Shown piece after piece: positions 50,587 through 60,926 of a stretch of DNA of 64,000 bases; within the stretch, counting starts at the first letter, position 1, and every line of letters begins with the position of its first letter. The DNA lies in the NCBI RefSeq assembly GCF_000143415.4, contig NW_003314281.1, positions 794,833-858,832 on the forward strand, read 5' to 3'. Source of the DNA: Selaginella moellendorffii (taxonomy: Eukaryota; Plantae; Lycopodiophyta). The notes under the pieces were generated by a model, which did no database searches, was not told the origin of the DNA, and worked only from the letters and a program-made list of their open reading frames with translations. The position numbers and the translations under genes are program-made.

Positions 50587-53500
50587 TTAATTGAATTTTG
50601 CATAAGTACATAGAGTTCTGCCTTGCAGAAATTCCTCCACTAGATCTCGAGCGTTCGCTAGGTTCTCCTCCGGTTCCCATGTTGTTTCGCAGTGTGGAAA
50701 TCCTCTCCACTTCACATGGAACTCTCTCACCTCGCGTCCTTGTCGCTTGCTCTTGCGCGCATTGAGGATGGCCTCGACTTCGTATTCCTCCTCCCCTTGG
50801 ATAACCTCAGGTAAAGGTCTCACTTGGTCCTTGCGAAGCGGATCCTCAAAGTACGGCTTAAGTAAGTTCACGTGGAACACTGGGTGCATCTTCCCCATCT
50901 CTCGAGGAAGTCGGAGTTGGTAAGCCACTTTACCGATTCGTGCCTTAATCTCGTAAGGCCCCGCGAACCTGCATAAGGAACTCAAGATTAGTTCATTTAC
51001 AGGAATACATGCATCTTTACCTTTGGGTCAACTTTCGGCTGATCCCACTTGGTAGTCTGAGGTTCTTGGTGTTCAGCCACACCTTCTCCCCAGCTTGGAA
51101 CTCTACATCCCGACGCTTCTGGTTCGCGTATTTGGTTTGCCTTTGTTGAGCCCGTTCCAAGGAATCCCTCACTAGGTTCCAAATGCTGAGTCTTTCCGCC
51201 GTGAATGCCTCCACTGCGGGCAACTCTCCATGATACTCAGCCACGCCGAGTTCCACAGGACCTTCAATAGCTCGCCCATTGATGACTTCCCATGGACTCA
51301 CCCCGATACTCGAATGTGGTGAGTTGTTATAATACATCTCCGCAAGTCCCAAATGACTTACCCAATCGGTCTAGTCTCCCGAGACATAGCATCGCAAATA
51401 ATCCTCCAGCTGCCTATTCACCCTTTCCGTTTGTCCGTCTGTCAAGAAGTGTTAGTTCCCACAACTTGACTCAATACCCCATACCTGTCTGTGGGTGATA
51501 GGCTGTGCTGAATTTCAACTTGGTGCGATACTGTTCCATTTCCACGGGCGATCTGGAATTGGGATGCTTTGCAACAAGCCCCCACTAGCCTTAGTCACGG
51601 CTTTTACCTGCTGACATGTTGGACATGTCTTTACATAGTCTTGGACGTCCTTAGCCATATTTGGCCAATGGTACTTCCTTTTGAGTAAGCCCATCGTCTT
51701 GGGCACTCCACCGTGTCCCACAAGAGGTCCGTCATAACACTCTTCTAAGGCCACCTTCCTTAGTTCCCCTTCTGGAACATACACCCTCGTTTGCTTGTAA
51801 TAAATGAGTCCGTTGCGTTCCGCATAGCCCGTTTTCTCTTCCGTTGGCAGCTCACATCTCTGGTGAGCTTCCCGCGCCTCTAGATTCCTCAGCAACACTT
51901 CTTGTGCTAGACCATTGTTCTCATATGCTGTCCGCACATCGTCCCAGAAGGTTGCTGTTGCGCTGGATATTGCCAACCTCAAGCTCGCTTTTCGACTTAG
52001 CGCATCCGCCACGATGTTGCTCTTCCCAGGCTTGTACAGAATTTCGCAATCAAACTCGGCCAAGGCATTGGCCCACCGACTTTGTTTCCCTCTTAGGTCG
52101 GACTGTGACAAGAAGTGTTTCATTGCCACATTGTCCGTGTAAACCTTGAAGTGTCTCCCAAGGTAGTGTCGCCACTCTTTGAGCGCCTTGACCACCGCAA
52201 ACAATTCCTTCTCGTGGGCAAGCCACTTCCGTTGAGCCTTGTCCAGCTTCTTCAAGAAGAACGCTACCGGATGGTTGTCTTGCTTCAAAACTGCGCCCAA
52301 CGCAAAGTCCGAAGCATCCGTTTCTACCTCAAAGTCCTTACCAAAGTCTGGTAATGCCAATACGGGAGCCTTCCTCAACTTCCCTTTGAGGTGGACGAAT
52401 GCCACCTCGCATTCCGCTGTCCACACCATCTTCCCTTTTCCTGTTTGGTCCGTTAAGGGCAGGGCTACTCTCGAATAGTGTCTGATAAACTTTCGATAGT
52501 AGTTGCATAGCCCCAGGAATGCCCTCAACTCATGTACATTGGCTGGTCGCTCCCATTCCTGGATCGCTTGGACCTTCTCCGGGTCCACCTTGAGCCCGTC
52601 TTGGCCCACCACATGCCCGAGAAACTTTACCTCTTGTTGAGCAAAGTCACATTTGCTCTCTTTAGCATACAGCTTGTGTTCCCTTAGTTTCTCAAACACC
52701 TTCGCCAAGTGTTCGGCATGCTCCTCTAGCGTCTCGCTATAGATCAGGATGTCGTTGATATAGACGACCACGAAGTGATCCAGATAGGGTACAAAGATAT
52801 GGTTCATCAACGCCGAAAACGTTGCCGGTGCATTGCACAGCCCAAAGGGCATCACCAGAAACTCAAAGCTTCCATACCTCGTTCGACAGGTTGTCTTCTC
52901 GACATCTTCCTCGGCTACCCTGATCTGGTAGTATCCTGACCTTAGGTCAATCCTCAAGAAGTATTTTGCCTTTCCCAACCTATCGAACAGGTCCTCAATC
53001 CTTGGCAAAGGGTACTTGTTCTTCTTTGTATACTTGTTGAGCAACCGGTAGTCTATGCACATGCGCATAGATCCATCTTTCTTTTTCACAAATAACACCG
53101 GCGCCCCATACGGCGACTTGCTCAGCCTAACATACCCTTTGTCCACTAACTCCTCTAGTTGGCACTTGAGCTCCTTGAGTTCTTTTTCGTTCAAACGATA
53201 AGGGGGACGAACCACTGCCTCAGCACCCTCGACTAGCTCAATCTTATGTTCTATCGGTCGTGCTGGGGGTAGCCCCGCCGGTAGCTCCTCCGGCATGGTA
53301 TCCTGGAATTGGTCCAACACCCGCTAGATCACTAAAGGTACTTCTTCCATTCTAGTCTTTTTGTCACTCTTCACCGAGAGTAAGCACAAAAAGGCCGCCT
53401 TAGTTCCTTTAGTGAGTTGTCCTCTCGTGGACACCAGGTTTAAGCAGGAATCTTTGGCCTTGCTTTGCCCTACCTTTAGATCTTGGGCCTCCACCCTAGA

Positions 53501-55123
53501 TCTTCTTCCTTGGGCATTCGCCAGTACCACAAGGTTTCTACCTTGTCCATGCAGGGCTACCACGAATCGATTGAACCAGTCCATTCCGAAGATCACGTCA
53601 AATCCCGCCATGTCCAACACGGTGAAATCCATGTCCACCTTCCAAGTCCCCACTTCGACTCTCGCTTGTCGAAGTACCTCATCGGTCCTTTGGCTACCTT
53701 GAACAAACTCTATAGTCCTTGGTTCGCCTAGCCGCTGCACCGTTAGTCCGGCTTGTCGGACTATGTCTGCAGCCACAAAATTATCCGAAGCACCCGTGTC
53801 AATAAGGATCTTAACAAAGCTACCTCCGAGCTTCCCTCAGAGGGCTAGTAGATGTCGGGAACGACTCTCTACCAAAGTTGCTCGTGTAATGAGTAACTTT
53901 GAGTTAGGGACTGGATCACATACCTCATTTTGGACTTCACCCGACTTGATGGCCATATTGGCTCTGGCCTTCTTCGGGTAGGGACATTCCCTTGAGAAGT
54001 GTCCCGCTTCACCGCAGTTGTAGCATACGTTGTTTCCCACGCTACTATATGACTTGACCTTCTTATCCGTGGGTTTATCTCTTTTCGCCTGACTCCCCCA
54101 CGTACTCGCTCGCTGGCCACCGGATCTGCCTTTCCGGAACCCCGAGGACTCATTCTTAGAGAAACTCTTCTTGAATTTCCCTCTGCTAAACGTTCCCCTT
54201 GGTTTGGCCCCTTTGCTAAACGTGGATCCCGACCCTGTCGTGTTCCCCTTTCGCAGGTTATCGTTGAAATGCACCTTGATGGCCGCATCCAACGCTTCTT
54301 TGTAGTTGGTCGGGTTCCACCGCATTACTTCGCCGCGAGCCCAGGTTTGCAAACCTGATATGAAGGCATGGAACGCATCCATATCCCCCATGTCCGTGAC
54401 AAGTATCCTCTTTGCCATAAACCCATTCACATACTCCTGAATGGTTCCGGTCTGCTTCAGCCTACTCAGCTCGTCCCTTAGATGCAGAGTAGCATTCGGA
54501 GGAACGTAAGTTGCGCGGATCCTCGCCTTCATCATTTCCCAAGTGGCCACCGGTCCTTCGTTGGCCTCTGTTGTTCTCCACCAAGACTTGGCATTATCTG
54601 CCAAGTATGGTTTTGCACATGGGACCTTCTCCGAGCTTGGTAATCGCAACGCTCGGAAGTAGTCCTCCATATCGTAAAACCAATCCTCCACCACCTTATA
54701 GTCGTTCACTCCCTTGAAGACCGGTGGGGGCTTTGGTTTGTACTTGGGAACTGCCTGAGGGACTGATTCCACTTCGGTCTGTTCGACCTTGTCTGGTTTT
54801 GCCTCAGTCCCTGCCGAAGGGTTCGCACCTTCTGCGCTGCCAGCATCCGCAGTCTTTCGCTTTTTCTTCCGCTTCTCGTCACGCTTTAGCTTGCGTACGA
54901 GAGTCTCTAGCAGGGCATTGGTCTGTGCCAATTGTCCTTCTAGAACATCCAATCGAGCCTTGGACGACCGAACCTCACCACCAGACTCCTGTTTGGAAGT
55001 TGCCTCACTGGAGTCCTCCTCATGCAAGGATTCCTCATCCATCGCCTCCTGTTCGATCGGAGGCTCCAGCTCTGGAGGAGGTTCCGTCTCTGCCTGGGTT
55101 CGCTTACATCCTGCCCTTGCCAT
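50587..55123 (-). pseudogene. gag-pol polyprotein: Gag with CCHC knuckle, protease, RT, RNase H, integrase with two introns, chromodomain
   Basis: CYNCGEAGHFSRECP; LIDTGASDNF; DLRSGYYQI and YIND (mutated YIDD); ETDASD; HPQTD|GQTER; R|FAGPY; YEVEAIL..VKWRGF...TWEPEENL. Contains C>T nonsense codons and an integrase-core deletion. Confidence 0.92.
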
Positions 55124-55166
55124 CTCCCAGCAATCCGCCTCTATCCTTCGCTAGAACTGAGAAAGA

Positions 55167-55179
55167 GGCTCCGATACCA
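55167..55179 (-). promoter_or_regulatory. Primer binding site (tRNA-iMet)
   Basis: TGGTATCGGAGCC, 3 nt inside the 5' LTR boundary. Confidence 0.88.
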
Positions 55180-55182
55180 AAT

Positions 55183-56324
55183 TGTAAGCCACAAAATTTT
55201 TCCTTTCCAATTTGCCAGCTTACCTCGCCTATCCAACCAACTCTGCCTTGGCTTGTGCTAAGTTCCCTCGCCAAGGTTCTTGCCTATAGTACCAGCTCCT
55301 ACTTGGTTTCAGCTACTTACTGCACGAGCAATGGAGTGTTAGCCATCCATCTACGGATTCCCAAATCTCTCCCAATCCCCCTCCCCGGGTTAGACTGGAC
55401 TTAAGGTTCGGCTACACTCCTCGCAGGCACAAGCAGCCAAGCACACCAAGCCTCCAGATTCCTAACACCCCTTGGTACCACAAGACTTGATCATGGGACC
55501 CTCTAAATCCCAAGCCTTGGGTGCAGCACTTGCTTCGGGACGTCGGGGCGAAACACCGTGGCCTAACGGCCCGGTATGGGTACCTCTACCCCCCCTCTTC
55601 CATCCCGAAGGGAAGGCCCAAGCCCCCGGAAGGGCGAGGACCAATGAGCCACAAGGTACTCAAGTGGGGCACCACTCCACCTGAGCCGGGAGCACCGCAG
55701 TCGGTTTCCCTTTCGGGAGTGGGAGATGCTCTTGAGCACTTCCTTGGATGGCCCCTCCGGCACTAGCCAAGTCCATGCTCACTCCCACCCAAGGCCCCTC
55801 GGTCCCAGTCTCAACCTCAAGTCGGTTTGGAAGCCCAACTGGAGAGTCCCTTCAAAACTGGTTCCTGGACCTCACTATCCCTACTATACTTTTGGAACCC
55901 CCTGCAGCCCCCCCCCCCCCCCTGGGAGACGCACGCTTTGGGCTTTCACCCCTTGACCCGTATTAGTATTTGGACTTAGTCTCTGGCTCGATCTCGGACC
56001 CAATTTCGGATCCGACTTCGGATTTGGTTTCGGACTCGATCTCGGACTCGATCTCGGACCCGATCTCGGATCCGACCTCGGACTCGACCTCGGACTCTGT
56101 CTCGGACCCGATTTCGGATCTCGGACTCCGTCTCGAACTCGGTCTCGAACTCGGACTCGAACTCGGTCCCCGAGTAGGTCTTGGACTCGATTCCGGACCC
56201 TATCTCGAACTCGGTCCTAGAGTCGGTCTTGGACTCGATCCTCGACTTGGTCCCATCCGATGAACTCGGTCAAGCTTTTGGGGATCCTTTAGCCTACGAC
56301 ATCTCGGGGAGTCGGTTCCTTACA
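55183..56324 (-). repeat. 5' LTR
   Basis: Paired with 49028-50192. Confidence 0.95.
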
Positions 56325-57212
56325 TCTCCCTTTTGTTTTATATTTTCTTATATTTTATCCATTCCTCTAAATTTTGTACCTTTTCGTCCCTCTACTTTTA
56401 CCTTTGCTTCCATTACTTTTGACTCCCCACTACTTCTTTGTATGTTTCGATCTTGTTCCACTCTTCCCTTTTCGGATCCCTTTGATAGTCTTTGTGTTGC
56501 AGTAGTTAACTGACTCATAAAAGAGTATGCTGATCTCTTTGAATTTGACCTATCATTTGGGGCCAAGATTGCCACACGTCATCCAATTCCAATTAGGGAT
56601 GCTCATATAATCAAAGGTCCTATTCATTGTCAGTCACCCAAAGAGATCAAGATTTTATGTGCAAACATCAAGGAGATGTTAGAAAAGGGTGTTATTCGAA
56701 AGTTGTGGAGTCCTTAGGCACGTGAACTTCATCTTGTGACGAAACTTAATGGGAGTATTTATTTCTACATCGACTATCGTCCATTAAACAAAGTGACAAT
56801 CCCGGATATGTACTCTCTTCCTCACACTACTGATCTCTTGGATCGTCTGGGGAGAAATCATTGGTTCACGAAGCTAGGTTTTGCTTCTGGGTACTGACAA
56901 ATACTGATAGCCAAAAAGATATCCTAAGACCGCTTTCATATATAGTTTGGTTTATATGAGTTCTTGGTGATGCCATTTGGTTTGAACAATGCTCTAACAA
57001 CTTTCCAGCGGATGATGAACAAGGTTTTTTGCAATATGTCAGAGGTGATTGCTGATTTCATTCATGATGTCTTGATCCACTTGGAGAGGACATAGGAGGA
57101 ACATGTTTGTGATGTTTGTAAAGTGCTGGATCGGCTACGAGACATTGGTTTAAAGTTAAAGTGGTCGAAGTGAGGGAACTTTAGAACAGCCACAAGTTTG
57201 TCAGAATCAACT

Positions 57213-57247
<35 letters not shown>

Positions 57248-57374
57248 CTATGTATATCTATGTATATCTATGTATATGTATGTATATGTATGTATATGTA
57301 TCTATACGTATGTATATATATGTATATGTATCTATATGTATGTATATGTATGTATATGTATATCTATATATATG

Positions 57375-57405
<31 letters not shown>

Positions 57406-57595
57406 ATATGTATATATATGTATATATATGTATATATATATGTATATATATGTATATATATGTATATATATATGTATATATATATATGTATATATATATA
57501 TGTATATATATATGTATATATATATGTATGTATATATGTATGTGTATATATATATGTATGTATGTATGTATATATATATATGTATGTATGTATGT
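57213..57595. repeat. (TA)n/(TATG)n compound microsatellite
   Basis: Visible directly in the sequence. Confidence 0.95.
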
Positions 57596-57949
57596 AGAGA
57601 GCGGGGCTCTCGGAAGAGCTGCGGCTCTCAGCTTCCATTCACGAGGGCGTGAACTTGCAAAGAAGCGTGGTGGATTGTAAGCAACCAAAGAGAACGACTT
57701 GAGAAACATTCCATAGGGTTCAAATATAGAGGGAAAAGACCCATGAATAAGAGTACACCCTCGACCAGAGGGGTAGGGTGTCAAGAGAGCGGGGCTCTCG
57801 GAAGAGCTGCGGCTCTCAGCTTCCATTCACGAGGGCATAAACTTGCAGAGAAGCATGGTGGATTGTAAGCAACCAAAAAGAACGACTTGAGAAACATTCC
57901 ATAGGGTTCAAATATAGAGGGAAAAGGCCCATGAATAAGAGTACACCCT
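57596..57949. repeat. Two tandem copies of a 188-bp unit (second copy partial)
   Basis: AGAGAGCGGGGCTCTCGGAAGAGCTGC... starts at 57596 and at 57784. Confidence 0.92.
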
Positions 57950-57960
57950 TTTTTTGAATC

Positions 57961-58061
57961 TGTTAAGGGTTTTGGGATACTTGGGATTAAGTGTCTTTGG
58001 GTTTGAATAGTATTAGATTGGGTGACCTCCCGGGAAGTCCAAACTCAAGAGTTTACAAACA
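57961..58061 (+). mobile_element. Short LTR-like unit containing a 5S rRNA-derived segment (57985-58040)
   Basis: TGTT...AACA ends; the internal TTAAGTGTCTTTGGG..TAGTATTAGATTGGGTGACCTCCCGGGAAGTCC aligns without gaps to the 3' half of plant 5S rRNA; TGGTA follows 2 nt downstream. Confidence 0.7.
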
Positions 58062-58063
58062 TA

Positions 58064-60000
58064 TGGTAATGCGAAAAGCCATAAGCTATTAAAGAAAACA
58101 ACTAACTATCATAAAAGATCATCAATCATTCTATCAATGAAGAGATGCATAATCATCGTCAAAGAAAGAATGTACCATCCCGAAGAATGGCAACTCAATC
58201 TATATCAACAATAATCAAGCAAAACCTTTGACAAAGATAATCAACTATCCTAAATGATAGTCAATCATCACCAATGATTATTAAATGCAAAAGTCAACTT
58301 CAACATCGAAACTAATAAGCCAAAATGCCTTCCTTAACAACTTCTAACAAATGGACCACAAGTATGAAAACTCAAGGAACCAAAAGCTTAAAGAAGCATA
58401 TAGCCAAGTCTTGTCTAACAATGATCATGAGTCTTACATAAACTAATTTCAATGTTAAAGAAGAAATCATGGCATAATTCATAATATCCTCCTCAACACA
58501 TCCATAAACTAAACTTCATAATGCAAAGCTAATGAAAAGCATATGTACATCAATCTAAAAGCCAAATATAATGGAGTTATGCTCAACAAGTAATTACTAA
58601 ATGATCCTCCATGAATCCATCTATAACAAAATGTAACTCACTTCATAATAAGCCCAAGAAAAATCATTAATGATTGATATATCCTAACTAAAATTCAACA
58701 AAGATTCAATCACTTCAATATCAATCACTAACTTTTTCACTTATAAGGCTAACATAGTTCATAACTAAATCACTTTTCAAGGAAAAGCCAAAATTCAACC
58801 CCTACTAAATAATTTCATCTAGAACACAACTAACTCAAATTTGCCACTTAACTCATTTGAACACCAACATAGTTGCTAACTAGTAAATGCATGAATGTCA
58901 ATAACACAAAGCCATAGCCAAATCATCAACACTATCTTTATCAAGACTAATGAAATTCAAAACTACTCATATGGAGAGACATCTCATTTCACTCGAATTT
59001 CAACATCAACAATATTAATGACAAGGCATACTTCAATGCCATCAACACTATAACAAGTTAGTTAGTATCCGAAACCAATCTTTCAGCAAAACTCAATTAC
59101 AGATAACACTTCCTTAAAGAGAGAATCACCACATCCAAGACTCAATGAAATCCAACATTACAAACTAAACGCAACTAAATGATATCAACAGAGGTAGAGT
59201 TGACATATCAACATAGAAAACTTATATAAGTTTAACGATATGATCTTTCGCAACACCATCCGGTAAATTAAGCCTATCACTGTTAAAGCATCATCGAGTG
59301 AAGCAAGTGTCAATAATTCTTAATGAAGTCTACAAGCAATCATTAGTCACAAAACAACTAACAATCACTCTTCAACTTACCTTCACAAGAACCAAACACC
59401 AGAATCCAAACTCATGCCATCAAGTCATATGCTTGTTCAATATGAACGTAATACCCCATGTATGAGATAAAGGTTTATAGACAAGCATGAACTAAATGAC
59501 CACTTGAATCCAACTATCCGCAATAAGCTCACTAACATGTTAAGCCAATAGCTGCAAGCATGCCTTGAAGAGGATAGTTATGCATGATCAACACTCAATT
59601 GAAATTAAAGTGAAGACTATGAGATGGACTCATATTGGTATACAACCTTTTCATAGACAAAGTTATAGTATGGGTACCAACATTTCAATCTCAAACAATT
59701 AAGTTAGACATCACTATCTTCAACTGAGGTCCAGAGCCACCAAGACCAAGTCAAAATCAATGATAACTCACTACTCTCATAAAGTTTTAATGAAATGCAA
59801 TATGCAACCTGCCACCAAGCACAACGCTATGGGAGAAAGGCACAAAGGTCACCCTTCTTATCAATTAATGAGTCCTTTTGGATATTCTTCTTTTACTATC
59901 ACAATGGCATTGGGTTGCATCATACAAATTACCTACTAAAGTTTAAGCTAGTTGAAGTCAACTTTAACCTTTCACTAGTTTGTACTAGCTTACAAAACTA
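58064..60000 (+). mobile_element. Heavily decayed Copia-like internal region; 3' boundary uncertain
   Basis: Only faint motifs remain: FDxDN-like gag (~58226), WxxxxxHxNF pre-integrase spacing (~58972) and a QxNxxxxRxNR-like integrase trace (~59160). Confidence 0.4.
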
Positions 60001-60926
60001 GAAAGGTTTTTGGGCAAAATGATCAACAGATTAGCCATTAGAAAAACCTAAGAAAATTTGTGGAAAATTTTTCCATCCTTGTCGTGAATGTAACTTTGGG
60101 TATTGAAAGATACTTGTTAGCTAGTCCTTATGGGCACTTTTCTTTTATTGCCATGACAATAAGAGGTCGGTACTGCTAGTTCCCATCATTAGCCTCTTTT
60201 GTCCAAGTGTTAGTAAACTGGGCTTATCATTTGTTCTTAACCAGATGGACATAAGGTAGGAACTCTTATGTGTTTCTAGCTGAGTATTCTCGACTTGGCT
60301 TTTAGTTCTCTTTTGCTCTGTCTTGTACTGGCTTGGTAAGAACCCTCGCATATTGAGACTACTCCCTCAATATGGCCAGATGATAGCTTACCATGTCTGC
60401 CAAACACCCTCGCTATCATGCCTTTTGTGTTAGTCTCATTTCGGTCCTAAATGTTATTTATGGAAAGTGTCAAGATTCACTCATTTGGCATGTCTACAGA
60501 ATGTAGAGGTTGGCCTGAACACAATGGTATTCATCCCGTGTCCAAATTTGCAATCTAGGGACATTCCATATTTACATATTTAGTAAGTTTCGAGCTTGTC
60601 CCAGAGACTAACTCTTGGTACTATGGGAGGCTTGGGGTGAAAGCCCAAAGCTTGTGTTCCTCAAAGGGCAGGGGGGGGGGGAGGGGGGGGGGGGGGGGGG
60701 GGCCGGGGGGAGGGGGGGGGGCAGGGGAGGGGGTGGGGGAGGCAGGCGTGGGGGGGGGGTCGGGTGGGGGGGGGGGGGGGGGGGTGGGGGGGGGGGAGGG
60801 GGGTTTGGGGGGAGGGGGGGGGGGGGGGGGGAGGGGGGGGGGGGGGGCCGGGGGGATCACAAGGGAGGATCCGTTCACAAAAGCCCTATTTGATACAATG
60901 ATTCCGATGGTGGACTCGGCCGAGCC

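Larger units (their letters stand above)
49028..56324 (-). mobile_element. Full-length Ty3/Gypsy chromovirus (defective copy)
   Basis: LTRs 49028-50192 and 55183-56324 (TGTAAG...CTTACA), TSD TCTCT/TCTCC, tRNA-iMet PBS, PPT, and gag-PR-RT-RH-INT-chromodomain order. Confidence 0.96.
47660..57175 (+). mobile_element. Older degenerate Ty3/Gypsy element (47660-49027 and 56325-57175) interrupted by the chromovirus
   Basis: CWTCDEVGH knuckle near 48440, protease remnant, and RT motifs IDYRPLNKVT and [15 protein letters not shown] after 56760. Confidence 0.75.

Noticed and set aside
50521-50610. A third intron downstream of the chromodomain
   Set aside because: An AT-rich stretch and an AG|GTAAGC donor-like site exist, but no conserved coding motif is restored, so it cannot be supported.
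53837-53839. Programmed stop-codon readthrough between gag and protease
   Set aside because: The paralogous copy at about 63022 has CGA (Arg) here, so the TGA is a C>T mutation. The TAG at 53324 is probably the same kind of change.
57198-57826. Tyr/Ile/Met-rich ORFs (also 43190-43526)
   Set aside because: These are translations of TA/TATG microsatellites.
57985-58040. Functional 5S rRNA gene
   Set aside because: Only the 3' internal-promoter half is present, it is diverged, and it is not in a tandem rDNA array.
60668-60925. Gly/Pro-rich ORFs or a giant G-quadruplex
   Set aside because: The irregular poly-G expansion sits at the position of the LTR's short G-run. It most likely reflects low-quality sequence or assembly and is not coding.
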